Source: Pedosphaera sp. (GTDB taxonomy: Bacteria; Verrucomicrobiota; Verrucomicrobiia; Limisphaerales; SIBH01). From it: a DNA stretch of 43,393 nt. Shown piece after piece: positions 1 through 12,285 of the stretch; position 1 is the stretch's first letter; each line of letters begins with the position of its first letter. Where the stretch lies: assembly GCA_031414955.1 (NCBI GenBank), contig JANOQV010000142.1:1-43393 (forward strand), written 5' to 3'. Under the pieces are notes generated by a model. It saw only the letters and a program-made list of their open reading frames with translations. It was not told the DNA's origin and did not search any database. A program made the translations under genes and the position numbers.

Positions 1-54
1 GGGCCGGGGCTTGGGCGCGGGACTGGGTTGACTTGGGGGCGATGCTTTTTTCAT
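1..54 (-). CDS. Possible 5' end of a gene divergent from secA, truncated by the window edge (MKKASPPSQPSPAPKPRP...)
   Basis: Minus-strand ATG at 54-52 is open to the window edge; an alternative ATG at 73-71 in another frame is also open. TTGACA on the minus strand at 130-125. Too short to assign. Confidence 0.3.
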   Translation of the reverse strand, partial: MKKASPPSQPSPAPKPRP

Positions 55-166
55 GTGACGACACGACAGCCATGTTCTTGTTTTTGCCGGTCGAGGAACC
101 GTGACCACCTCACTTTAAGAACAGTGTCAAGATGCACCCTCCTCACGGCACCCACCCGCAAAGTCT

Positions 167-195
167 TTGACCTGCCAAATGGCCTCCCGTAGCTT
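167..195 (+). promoter_or_regulatory. Putative sigma70-type promoter of secA
   Basis: TTGACC (167-172), 17-nt spacer, TAGCTT (190-195), ending 15 nt before the secA ATG. Confidence 0.55.
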
Positions 196-210
196 CGGCC
201 CACTTTTCGC

Positions 211-3273
<3,063 letters not shown>

Positions 3274-3478
3274 GCAGGGGTTTTCAATCCTTCGAGGCTG
3301 GAGAGATCAGCACCGGGGCAACCCGGCACGCCCACTCTTTACCAGCCTGGGCGGCGGGACAAATCTGAGCCTGCGCCTCAGGGAGAACAGCATGGAGTAA
3401 TCAGGGTCCGTTCTGTTCACATGAGAAGCCCCAGGGCACGGTCGATGCGCGGCGGTCGTCCAACTCAGCTTCCTCCCC

Positions 3479-3595
3479 GGAGATTCCTCATGGGATGAAA
3501 CCAACTCCAGGATCGCGCTTCTGTCTGTGGCCAAACCACTTGGCCTCGCGGCCGCACCAGTTGGCGTGTGGATTTTTGGGTTTGGAGTTTTCTCC
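3479..3595. repeat. Degenerate heptamer-repeat hairpin remnant
   Basis: Four degenerate 7-mers TTGGCGT/GTGGATT/TTTGGGT/TTGGAGT at 3561-3588, partly complementary to AACTCCA near 3503. Resembles the clearer element at 36076-36211. Confidence 0.35.
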
Positions 3596-3621
3596 CGCCA
3601 GCCTGTCCGTATTCTCATCGT

Positions 3622-4866
3622 GTGTCCGAGACTGACCGCACAAAAATCACCTACTGCTATGAGCGGTGGCGCGCGCTCAGCACGGGTGTCATCGAGACGG
3701 CGGGCACTACTTTTCTCCTGCTCATAGCGGTGCGAGCCTATGAATCGGGCGCGCTCTGGAAGTCCGCCCTGGCCGCCGGCAGCAGCCTGGGACTGCTCCT
3801 CACGCCCGTGGTGGTGTCGGTGGTGACGCGGCGACGGCTGCCGCCGGCCCGGGCCGCGTCCTGGTTGTTCTTTTTTGGAGCGGGTGCATTTCTAGTTTCA
3901 GCCGTGCTCCCACATCTGCCGATCTTTGCGCTGGGGTCGATGTTCGGCCTGGCCGCTGCCGCCTCGGCCATTCCGCTCTTCACCCACATCTATCAGGAGA
4001 ATTATCCCGAAGCCCAGCGCGGCCGTCTCTTCTCCCGTACGGTCATGATCCGCATCGCCGCCGCCGCGATCTTCAGCCACGCGGCGGGTTGGGCGCTTTC
4101 GCACTACTTCGACTGGTTCCGCCTGCTGCTGGTCTTCTTTGCCGGGGCGCTGGCCTTGGCCGGTTTCTGTCTGGCGCAGATCCCCTCGAATCCCATCCAT
4201 GACGACGGCGGCGCACACCCATTCCGCGCCATGCGCTTCGTGCGCGAGGATAAACTTTTTCGACGGACGCTCGTGTGCTGGATGTTCATGGGCTTCGCCA
4301 ACTTGATGATGCTGCCGCTGCGGGTCGAGTATCTGGCCAATCCAAAGTACAAACTCAGTTTCAACGATCTGCCTCTTACGGTCGGCATGGTGGCGCTGCT
4401 CACCGGCGTGATCCCCAACCTCGCCCGGCTGGTCCTCAGTCCGATCTGGGGGCATCTGTTCGATCGGATGAACTTTTTCACGCTGCGGGTGACGCTCAAC
4501 TGCGGTTTTGCCCTCGGAATATTCACCTTCTTTGTCAGCGACAGCTTCGGAGGGCTGGTCCTCGGAGCAATTATTTTCGGCATCTCCAATGCGGGCGGCG
4601 ACGTGGCCTGGAGTTTGTGGGTGACGAAGTTTGCTCCGCCCGCGCGCGTGGCCGATTACATGAGCGTCCATACATTCCTGACTGGCGTTCGTGGCGTGGT
4701 GGCCCCGATGGCTGCTTTTCTCCTGGTGCAAAGGTTTTCGCTCGGTTTGCTCGCTGGATTCAGCGCCCTGCTCATCTTGGTGGCGACTTTGCTGCTGGTG
4801 CCGGAAATCAAGTTCGGTCGCCGCGCGCGCAAGGGCGTGGCCTTGGTGGAGGAGATTTCGGAATAG
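3622..4866 (+). CDS. Major facilitator superfamily transporter
   Basis: About 12 hydrophobic segments in two halves; ENYPEAQRGRLFS and IWGHLFDRMN loop motifs. GTG 3622 preferred because the ORF-track start at 3568 lies in repeat-like sequence. Confidence 0.85.
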   Translation: MSETDRTKITYCYERWRALSTGVIETAGTTFLLLIAVRAYESGALWKSALAAGSSLGLLLTPVVVSVVTRRRLPPARAASWLFFFGAGAFLVSAVLPHLPIFALGSMFGLAAAASAIPLFTHIYQENYPEAQRGRLFSRTVMIRIAAAAIFSHAAGWALSHYFDWFRLLLVFFAGALALAGFCLAQIPSNPIHDDGGAHPFRAMRFVREDKLFRRTLVCWMFMGFANLMMLPLRVEYLANPKYKLSFNDLPLTVGMVALLTGVIPNLARLVLSPIWGHLFDRMNFFTLRVTLNCGFALGIFTFFVSDSFGGLVLGAIIFGISNAGGDVAWSLWVTKFAPPARVADYMSVHTFLTGVRGVVAPMAAFLLVQRFSLGLLAGFSALLILVATLLLVPEIKFGRRARKGVALVEEISE

Positions 4867-4870
4867 CCGG

Positions 4871-5107
4871 GAGCGCGTTTTCAAATTCAGCCGCAGCGCG
4901 GCGGAAGAAAGTAGCCCACGGCGCGAGCCGTGGATTGGCGGGCGGAGATCAGCCAGCCCCAGCGGGGCGAAAGACAGCATCCCTGACCGCGCCGGGTTTC
5001 TGCCGCCCTGCTGGGGCTGGCTTGTTCCCGAACGCCTCGCCCAATGGCTCACGCCGTGGGCTACTGTCTTACGCGCCTCCGGCACTGGCGCATTTTGAGA
5101 ACACGCC
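4871..5107. repeat. Nested REP/REPIN-like palindromic element between convergent genes
   Basis: GTAGCCCACGGCGCGAGCCGTGG (4911-4933) pairs with 5041-5064. Inner arms 4951-4969 and 5004-5022 match 18/19. Outer imperfect inverted repeat GCGCGTTTTCAAA / TTTGAGAACACGC. Confidence 0.85.
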
Positions 5108-7051
5108 TCAGACGCCCGCGATGAAGGGGGGCATCGGGCAGCCCAGCGACTCGGCCACGGCGCGGAGCAACTCCGCCTCGTAGGCGCTCACCGTCCCGTC
5201 GCTGGCCACGGTCGCGGCGCAGGCTTCGAGAATCGCCTTTTTGACATAAGGCACGGACTGGCTGGCGCGAGTGAGCGCGGCGTCAATCTTCTCCACGCCG
5301 CACTCGGCGAGCGGCAGCAGCCGCGGTGTGGCGGCGAAGGGGAGCCTGGCGAAGCCGCGCGCGAAGGCGTCCCGGATGGCCCCAGCTTCCATGCTGCCGA
5401 TTTGGGCCAGCGCCGAGAGGAGCAGGGCGCAATCTGCCGCCAGCGGACCGAAGGAGTAGTAATTCACCACGCCCGCCGACTGGGGCGCGAAATTGGCCTC
5501 CAAGTGGCGGGTGATGATGCGCTTCACCACGAATTCAAACAGCTCGACCTGGCCGTCGCAGGTGATGATCTGGTCGAGCCGATCCGCCAGACGTTCCCAG
5601 CTCTCGCGGGACAATGTTCGCAGCGCCGGCAGGCTCAACGAGAGCAACGGCAGCCATGCCGGGCGATCACACTGCGTGAGTTCATCCGCGAGGCGCGCGG
5701 CTGCACTTGCGAGGCGCGCGTCCGCAGATTGAAGAATTTCCTTCTGGAGCCGGCGCGTGTCCGGTTGCGCGCTGAACACGAGGGCCAGCGCCAGCGCCGA
5801 GGCGTCGAAGGCATCGTGGGTCGCCGCCCTCAGTGTGTCCGGCACGGCGGCGATCACGCCGCGCGCGAATTCGACCGGGATGGTCGTGCCAACTTGCGCC
5901 GGCAACTCCTCGATATGAATTCTCCGCGGGGTTGCGCTGGCGGCGGCAAAACCGGCGAACGGAATCGGTGGCGGGGTGCTGGCAAGAAAATCCGGCCGCT
6001 CCACCACCGGTTCCCACGAGTCCTCCGCGACCGCCCGCAAGTTTCCATCGAATGCCGGTTCGATGCGGCGGATGCGTTCCTCCAGCGGCGGATGCGTGGC
6101 CGTAAGTCCGAACCACGACTCGGACAAGCCGTTGGCGAAGAAGAGATGGCTGGCCGCATCCGCCTGGGGTGATCCAAGCTTGGAGGCGAAGCCGCCGATT
6201 TTTTTGAGCGCCCCCGCCAGGCCGTTTGGGTTGCGGGTAAACTGCACCGCCGAGGCGTCAGCCAGGAATTCACGCTGCCGGCTGATGGCCGCCTGAATGA
6301 GATGGGCGAAGAACACACCGACTCCGCCGAGGACGACCAAAGCCAGGCCGAAGAGGGGCAGGGGATTGCGGTCCTTGCTCGAACGTGAACGCATGCTCAA
6401 CAGGATGCGCCCGACGATGTAGAGGCAGAGGATGCCGTGCAACACGCCGATGAGCTTGATGTTCAACCGCGAGTCGCCATTGAGCATATGGCTGAATTCG
6501 TGGCCGATGACGCCCTGCAGTTCGTCGCGCGATAATTTTTCCAGGCAGCCGCGCGTCACGCCCACCGCCATGTCTTCGTTGGAATAGCCGGCGGCGAAGG
6601 CATTGATGCCCGCTTCGTGCTCGAGCAGAAAAATTTCCGGCACCGGCGTGCCCGAGGCGATGGCCATCTCCTCGACCACGTTGCGCAGCATCTGCTCGCG
6701 CTCGTTGTCGGGACTGAGTTCCACCCGCCGGCCGCCGAGCATCTCGGCCACCGCGCTGCCGCCGCTCCGCAGTTGCAGCACGCGCCAGAGCGAGCCAAAG
6801 CCAACGATGGTGAGCGTGCCGAGGGCCGAGGCGGCGAAGATGGGAAAATTCCAGACCGCGAAGTTTTCGGGCGCGGCCACCCGGCTCCGGTTCCCCCTCC
6901 GTTCCGGCTGCAGTTTCTCCCGGCCCACGCCCAAGGTGATCAAGGCCGCGGCATAAGTGCCCAGCACGAGGAAGAGGACGGCGAGGACATAATAGAACAG
7001 CAGCAGCTTGGTGCGCCGCCGCGCCGCGTCCTGGTGGCCGAAGAAGTCCAT
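5108..7051 (-). CDS. M48 (HtpX-like) membrane zinc metalloprotease with C-terminal extension
   Basis: NVVEEMAIASG, INAFAAG, ELQGVIGHEFSH (HExxH), SRQREFLADA and THPPLEERI motifs; TM helices; directly downstream of lemA. Confidence 0.93.
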   Translation of the reverse strand: MDFFGHQDAARRRTKLLLFYYVLAVLFLVLGTYAAALITLGVGREKLQPERRGNRSRVAAPENFAVWNFPIFAASALGTLTIVGFGSLWRVLQLRSGGSAVAEMLGGRRVELSPDNEREQMLRNVVEEMAIASGTPVPEIFLLEHEAGINAFAAGYSNEDMAVGVTRGCLEKLSRDELQGVIGHEFSHMLNGDSRLNIKLIGVLHGILCLYIVGRILLSMRSRSSKDRNPLPLFGLALVVLGGVGVFFAHLIQAAISRQREFLADASAVQFTRNPNGLAGALKKIGGFASKLGSPQADAASHLFFANGLSESWFGLTATHPPLEERIRRIEPAFDGNLRAVAEDSWEPVVERPDFLASTPPPIPFAGFAAASATPRRIHIEELPAQVGTTIPVEFARGVIAAVPDTLRAATHDAFDASALALALVFSAQPDTRRLQKEILQSADARLASAAARLADELTQCDRPAWLPLLSLSLPALRTLSRESWERLADRLDQIITCDGQVELFEFVVKRIITRHLEANFAPQSAGVVNYYSFGPLAADCALLLSALAQIGSMEAGAIRDAFARGFARLPFAATPRLLPLAECGVEKIDAALTRASQSVPYVKKAILEACAATVASDGTVSAYEAELLRAVAESLGCPMPPFIAGV

Positions 7052-7072
7052 GTTGATGGACGGTGACGCTGG

Positions 7073-7669
7073 TCAGGAGAAGCTGACCTTGGGCGCTTCC
7101 TTCTGCTGCGGTTCATCCACCACGAACAACTCGGCGGAACCAAAATTGAACATGCCGGCGAGGATGTTGGTGGGGAACTTTTCTCGCGAGGTGTTGTACT
7201 CCGTCACGCTGTCGTTGAAGGACTGACGGGCGAAGCCGATGCGATTCTCGGTCGAACTGAGTTCCTCCATGATGCGGTTCATCGAGGCGTCGGCCTTGAG
7301 GTTCGGATACGCCTCGGCCAGGGCGAAGAGGCGGGAGAGACTGCCGGTCAGGCTGGCCTCGGCCCCGACCAGCGCCTTCATGGCGGTGGCATCGCCGGGA
7401 TTGGCTGAGGCGGCCACATTCGCCGTGGACGCACTGTTGCGCGCCGCGATTACGTTCTCCAGGGTTTCGCGCTCGTGCTTCATGTAGCCCTTGGCGGTCT
7501 CGACGAGATTGGGGATGAGGTCGTAGCGCCGCTTCAACTGCACGTCGATTTGCGCGAAGGCGTTCTTGTAGCGGTTGCGCAGCGTGACGAGGCCGTTGTA
7601 GCCCCCGATGAGCAGGAAGCCGAGGACGAGCACGATCCCCGCGATGACGATTAATGGAATGATGAACAT
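7073..7669 (-). CDS. lemA: LemA family protein
   Basis: N-terminal TM, YNGLVTLRN, QIDVQLKRRYDLIPNLVETAKGY, AEAYPNLKA, ENRIGFARQSFND, FPTNILAGMF. Confidence 0.96.
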   Translation of the reverse strand: MFIIPLIVIAGIVLVLGFLLIGGYNGLVTLRNRYKNAFAQIDVQLKRRYDLIPNLVETAKGYMKHERETLENVIAARNSASTANVAASANPGDATAMKALVGAEASLTGSLSRLFALAEAYPNLKADASMNRIMEELSSTENRIGFARQSFNDSVTEYNTSREKFPTNILAGMFNFGSAELFVVDEPQQKEAPKVSFS

Positions 7670-7820
7670 AATTTGCCTTTCGTTGCGGGCAGGTTGCGGG
7701 AACGAATCCAGTGCGCCAATTGGAATTTTTTGGAATCAATTCCAGAATCTGATCGCCGCACTGCTCGTGCAGTCAGCACCTGCACCAAACTTCACGCCCG
7801 ACCAAAGACTGGCGCTCCGA

Positions 7821-9884
7821 TCACGCGGGCTTCAATTCCGGCGTGGACTTGGGCGAATTGGACGGGCCGGAGGGTGGAAGCTTGCCGCGAAAACTTTGCC
7901 AGTAACGCGATGGCAGCAGACCGAGCGCGATCAGGGCAAGCTGGCTGCTCACGAAGAGCATGAGCCACACGAACGCCGAGTCCATGAAGCCGTAGCTGTG
8001 CAGGCCGATGCCGAGCATGTTCACGCCGAACCAAGACCAGCTCGTGACGATGTTCCCGACGATGGCCATGTTCATCAGCCCGCGTTCCTTGATCAGACCG
8101 CCCCAACGCGCGTGCAGAATGAGCACGTTCCAGAGCACGATGATGAGTGCGCCGTTCTCCTTCGGATCCCAACCCCAGAAGCGGCCCCAGGATTGATCAG
8201 CCCAGATGCCGCCGAGCACCGTGCCGACGAAACTGAACAGCGTGGAGAAGCAGACGATGGCATAGACCATCCGGGCCAATCCCTTGGCCGTGGCTTCGCC
8301 GAGAGTTCGAGTGAACACACCGCGGAAAATGTAAACGATGGCGAGGAAGCCCGCGATGAACGTGCTCGCGTAACCCAGCGTGATGATCACCACATGCGTC
8401 GCCAGCCAGATGTTCGTGTCGAGCACGGCGCGCATCATCTCCATCGTATCGCCGGCCTGGGCCAGATTGTGGGCCACGATGAGCGAGAGGAAGCCGACGG
8501 CCGAAGCCACGGCGAGACCAATGCCATCACGGTAAAATTTCTCCAACACCATGCCGAGCACGAGCGCCGCCCAACCGATGAAGATGGCGGAGGAATAAAG
8601 GTTGGTCACGGGCGGACGTCCCTCCAGCACCATGCGAAAGACAAGCCCCGCCGTGTGAACCACGAAGCCGATGACGAGCAGACGCTTGGCCGTGATGCGC
8701 CAGACTTCCCTCTGATTGGCCCAGTAAAGCAGGATGAGCAGGAAGGCCATGAGATAGACATACATGCTGCGCTTGAAGGCGAGCATCCGGTTGTAGAACT
8801 CCTCCCATTTGCTTTTGCCCAATTGTTTCGTCAGCCCGGCCTGCTCCAGAGAACCGCGATAGTCCGCGAGCGCCTGGTTGAATTTCGCGGCGTCATTCGC
8901 GCGGTAGGCGCCCGAGAGTGTCGCGAACTGGCGGATCGAATCCGGCAGGCCGTGCTGGGGCGCGCTGAGCAGCACGTCGCCGGTGCGCTGCCAGTCGTGC
9001 TGATGCTCGCCGTGGGTTTGCGGCGGCACCATCAGCGGCCCTTCAAAGCGCGACATGGCGTCATAGCGGCCCGCGAGGCGTTGAACCGGCGCGATCAGCG
9101 CGTCGATTCTTTCCTCGGACAACTGCTCGCCCTTGGCTTGGGCCGACTGAATCGCCGTCCGCGCCGCCGTCGCCAGCGACATGTAATCGTCCAGTTCCTT
9201 GCCGAAGTCCGTCGTGTCCTCCGGCTGCAAAGTGTTCTTCAGCCGCATGTAAAGAACCCACGAGTGATGCAGTTGCAGTGCGGCGCGGTCGAAGGGCGAG
9301 CGCAGTGAGGCATCCATCTTGTCCACCCGCATCGCCTCGGTGCGCAGGCTGTCCAGACGATCGCGCAGGTCATTGAAGCGGAAAAAGTGCAGCCCGCTTT
9401 TCTCCACCCCGCCTTCGAGCTTCAGCAAACTACGCAAGTCGGGATGATTGATGACGAAGAGGTAGCGGTTGTCCGCCTGCTCCCGGTTCATGAACACTTC
9501 CATCAGCCACTCGGCGGGCTTGAGCTTCTTCGGGTGCTTGCCGAATTGATGCCAGCGGCGCTCGCTGAGTTCGCCGCCTTTGGCGCTCAGTTCCTCCCAC
9601 GTCCCCCACGCGCCGTCCGCGCCGTTGCCCTCCAGCGGCACCTCGGTGATGCCGCGAATCTGGAGCAGCGCGTTGCGAGCGAGCGAATCCATCGGTTGCA
9701 CGCGGCCGTTGAAGACCAGCGGCAGCCTGGCGAATTGCGAGACGGCGAAGGTCTTGTCCTTGCGCGGCACGAACAGCGCGGCGGTGATTTCGCCGGCGAA
9801 CAGGATGACGAGAAACCACGAAACCCACACGCGCCAGCCGCCGCGCTTGGGTTCCGGAGTTTGGGGTGACTTCGATTGGCTCAT
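7821..9884 (-). CDS. ccsA: Cytochrome c biogenesis system II heme-handling membrane protein (CcsA/ResC-like) with a large soluble domain
   Basis: WWD motif GGIWADQSWGRFWGWDPKE, conserved His in WLATHV and GLHSYG, GRPPVTNLY. ATG 9884 overlaps the upstream stop (ATGA). Confidence 0.93.
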   Translation of the reverse strand: MSQSKSPQTPEPKRGGWRVWVSWFLVILFAGEITAALFVPRKDKTFAVSQFARLPLVFNGRVQPMDSLARNALLQIRGITEVPLEGNGADGAWGTWEELSAKGGELSERRWHQFGKHPKKLKPAEWLMEVFMNREQADNRYLFVINHPDLRSLLKLEGGVEKSGLHFFRFNDLRDRLDSLRTEAMRVDKMDASLRSPFDRAALQLHHSWVLYMRLKNTLQPEDTTDFGKELDDYMSLATAARTAIQSAQAKGEQLSEERIDALIAPVQRLAGRYDAMSRFEGPLMVPPQTHGEHQHDWQRTGDVLLSAPQHGLPDSIRQFATLSGAYRANDAAKFNQALADYRGSLEQAGLTKQLGKSKWEEFYNRMLAFKRSMYVYLMAFLLILLYWANQREVWRITAKRLLVIGFVVHTAGLVFRMVLEGRPPVTNLYSSAIFIGWAALVLGMVLEKFYRDGIGLAVASAVGFLSLIVAHNLAQAGDTMEMMRAVLDTNIWLATHVVIITLGYASTFIAGFLAIVYIFRGVFTRTLGEATAKGLARMVYAIVCFSTLFSFVGTVLGGIWADQSWGRFWGWDPKENGALIIVLWNVLILHARWGGLIKERGLMNMAIVGNIVTSWSWFGVNMLGIGLHSYGFMDSAFVWLMLFVSSQLALIALGLLPSRYWQSFRGKLPPSGPSNSPKSTPELKPA

Positions 9885-11134
9885 GCGATCCTCCGTTTCA
9901 AAAACTTGGTGAGATGGAACATGAATTGAGTGATGAGTCCGGCGGCGACGATGATGCAGCCGGCGTAGGGCGTGATCCAACCCGGGTTGCGCACCACTTG
10001 GAGCACGGTCCAGGGCGTCTCGCCGGCATCGACGAGGTGTTTCTCGATCATCCCGGACTGGAAGAAGGTCAGCCCGCTGTAGCGCAACGGATTGTTCATG
10101 TAGATTTCAACTTCGCGATCCTCGTTCTTGCCCAGGTTCTTGATCCGCACCCGGCTGCGAAAATCCTTGGGCGTGTCGGTGCCCGGATAGACGGCGTGCG
10201 TGGCCTTGAGCAGCGTGAAGGAGAACGGCTTGTACGCCCGCACCGGGCGCAGCGCGAAGGCGAATTCCTTGCCGTTCACCGACACGGCCTGTTCCTGCAT
10301 GAGCCGGCTGCGAATGGTCTCGGCCAACTGCGGTCCATACTCGCGCTTGTAGAATTGATGGAGGCTGAAGGCCATCGTTTCATCCGTGGGCCAGCCCGAG
10401 GCGACCCACGTTCCGAGCGAGCCGGCGGGGCCAATCAATTCAATCGTCGCCGTCGGCACGTTCTTGCTGTTCATGTCGTGCGTGATTCTGAGCGGACGAA
10501 AATCGAAGGAGTTGGCGATGCCGTTGGTGGACAGTGGCGGCGCCGCATTCGTATCCATCGGCGCGCGGAAGGCCGGATCGGAGTTGGGCCAGATTTTCTT
10601 GATGCGCACGGTGAAAGGCAGCTTCTCGTGCTTCACCTCGCCGCCAGTCGTGAGCAGCTTCTGCGGAATGGCCACGACCTCGCTGGTGCTGGCATCCACG
10701 TCGGTCATGAAGGCCAGTTCGTAGTCCATGCTGTTTTCGGAGTAGGATCGGGTCTGTCCTTCCAGCACGCGCATCTGCGTTTCGCGAGAGAGCAAGTCCG
10801 TGGCGAGTTGTCCGGTGAGCAGCAGGATGATGCCGATGTGCGTGAGGTGGATGCCGATCTTTGAGGTCGTCCATTGAAACCGTTTGATGAACGCAGCCGT
10901 GAGATTGCACAAGAGCAGCGTTCCGATGAGATAACCGCCCGGAAGCGGCAGCGGCACCTTGTGGCCGAAGAACGAGATGCCAAAAACGAACCAGTGTTTG
11001 AAGTATCGCTCCTGCGCCACGTAAAGCCCCTCGTCCGCCTGGGCCACGGTGCCGACGAAGACGAGCAGGATGCCGAAGGCCAGCAGCGTGACGGTGAGGC
11101 GCAGCGAGGTAATGGTTTTCCAGAAGCGGTTCAT
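9881..11134 (-). CDS. ResB/CcsB-like cytochrome c biogenesis protein
   Basis: SLRLTVTLL...GTVAQ N-terminus, IGIHLTHIGIILLL, YPGTDTPKDFRS, IYMNNPLRYSGLTFFQS and NPG plus C-terminal TM; translationally coupled to ccsA. Confidence 0.9.
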   Translation of the reverse strand: MNRFWKTITSLRLTVTLLAFGILLVFVGTVAQADEGLYVAQERYFKHWFVFGISFFGHKVPLPLPGGYLIGTLLLCNLTAAFIKRFQWTTSKIGIHLTHIGIILLLTGQLATDLLSRETQMRVLEGQTRSYSENSMDYELAFMTDVDASTSEVVAIPQKLLTTGGEVKHEKLPFTVRIKKIWPNSDPAFRAPMDTNAAPPLSTNGIANSFDFRPLRITHDMNSKNVPTATIELIGPAGSLGTWVASGWPTDETMAFSLHQFYKREYGPQLAETIRSRLMQEQAVSVNGKEFAFALRPVRAYKPFSFTLLKATHAVYPGTDTPKDFRSRVRIKNLGKNEDREVEIYMNNPLRYSGLTFFQSGMIEKHLVDAGETPWTVLQVVRNPGWITPYAGCIIVAAGLITQFMFHLTKFLKRRIA

Positions 11135-11135
11135 G

Positions 11136-12185
11136 TCAAAGTTCGGTGGTGGCGAAGCGGATGAAGGCTTCCTTTTGCGCGGCGACGGCGGGCACGTTGC
11201 CGATCAGCTTGTAGAAGAACCACTGCGAGCCGCGCGGCACGATGGCTCCGAGAAGCTGGAGGTTTCCATTGGTCAGGTTGACCAGTTTCGAGCCGGGAAT
11301 CTTGGCATCAAGCGACGTCGCTGCTGCGGCCAACTGACTCTCGGGGAGTTCGTCGGTCAATCCGATCTGTCGCCGCCAGCGAACCACGTTCTGCACGGTG
11401 CCGCCGCTGGCTGTGGGGAACACGCTGACCGAGACCACCCCTGTCGCGCCTTGCACGGTTGGCACGGCAAACTTGGCCAGTTGCAGTTCTCCCGGCGGCA
11501 AAACCTTCCAGCTTTCGGGAGCGGCCTTTGTGAAACCGTCGGGAGTCGCCGCGACGCTGGCCGTCGCGGCTGGAGGGGAGCCGGACTCATCCAGGCGCAC
11601 GGACTTGATGAAGTCGATGAAGGCGGCGCGCTGCGCTTCGACGGGCGCGGCATCGCCCTGCAATTTGTAGAACCAGCTTTTGCCGGGGCGGTGAACCATC
11701 ACGGTGAGGATCTTGTCCGGCTTGGAGGGATCGGTGCCGGTCAGCTCAAACAGTTTGCCCTGCTCGTCATTGATCTGGAGATCCTTCAGTTGCTCGCGCG
11801 CCTGATCCGCGTCGAGCTGGCTGAGGCCGAGTTGACCGCGCCACAAGTTCACGATGTCGGTCTCGCGGCCCGCCATCAGCGGCAGCGAGGCGACGGTGAC
11901 CTGAGCTTCCTTCCCGCCCTCGGCTTCGATCTTGAAGGCCGCCAAATTGATCTGTCCCGGCGGCACTTCGCGCCAGCCCGCCGGCAACGTCCAGGTGATC
12001 CTGGGCCGGGCCATCGGCGACGGAGCCTCGTGCCCGGCGTGGGGGTGAGCGTCGCTTCGGTTCAGCTCCTTGGCGACCCGATAGGTCGTGATCTTAGGTT
12101 CGTCACAAGCCGTCAGCCCGGCCATCAGGAGGCCAGCCACGACTGCATTTCGGATGCCGATGCTCGTTTTCAATTTGTTTCGCAC
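11136..12185 (-). CDS. Putative lipoprotein with two internally repeated domains, first gene of the cytochrome c biogenesis operon
   Basis: Lipobox-like LTAC, His-rich linker DAHPHAGHE, and two homologous repeats (P..W...PPG....A.F; V..WR.Q.GL; (W/F)FYKL.G....V.AQ..AFI.F). Ends 1 nt from the resB-like start. Confidence 0.8.
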   Translation of the reverse strand: MRNKLKTSIGIRNAVVAGLLMAGLTACDEPKITTYRVAKELNRSDAHPHAGHEAPSPMARPRITWTLPAGWREVPPGQINLAAFKIEAEGGKEAQVTVASLPLMAGRETDIVNLWRGQLGLSQLDADQAREQLKDLQINDEQGKLFELTGTDPSKPDKILTVMVHRPGKSWFYKLQGDAAPVEAQRAAFIDFIKSVRLDESGSPPAATASVAATPDGFTKAAPESWKVLPPGELQLAKFAVPTVQGATGVVSVSVFPTASGGTVQNVVRWRRQIGLTDELPESQLAAAATSLDAKIPGSKLVNLTNGNLQLLGAIVPRGSQWFFYKLIGNVPAVAAQKEAFIRFATTEL

Positions 12186-12230
12186 TGTATGGGACGGCTT
12201 GGACGTGACGAATGAAAAGTTTATTCCTCC

Positions 12231-12264
12231 AGAAACAGAACAGGGCCTGACATGTCAGGCCCTG
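12231..12264 (-). terminator. Intrinsic terminator downstream of rho
   Basis: Perfect 24-bp palindrome CAGGGCCTGACATGTCAGGCCCTG (12241-12264) followed on the minus strand by TTCTGTTTCT, 21 nt after the rho stop. Confidence 0.75.
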
Positions 12265-12285
12265 CGTTGTTCTGGAACACTTGAT

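Noticed and set aside
3568..3621. ORF-track N-terminal extensions (MFS 3568, ccsA 9980, rho 14067, recF 14190, purK 23530, ROK 25609, BatA 36098, PPC 40208)
   Set aside because: They overlap neighbouring genes, promoters, repeats or intergenic leaders and lack family similarity, so downstream starts were chosen.
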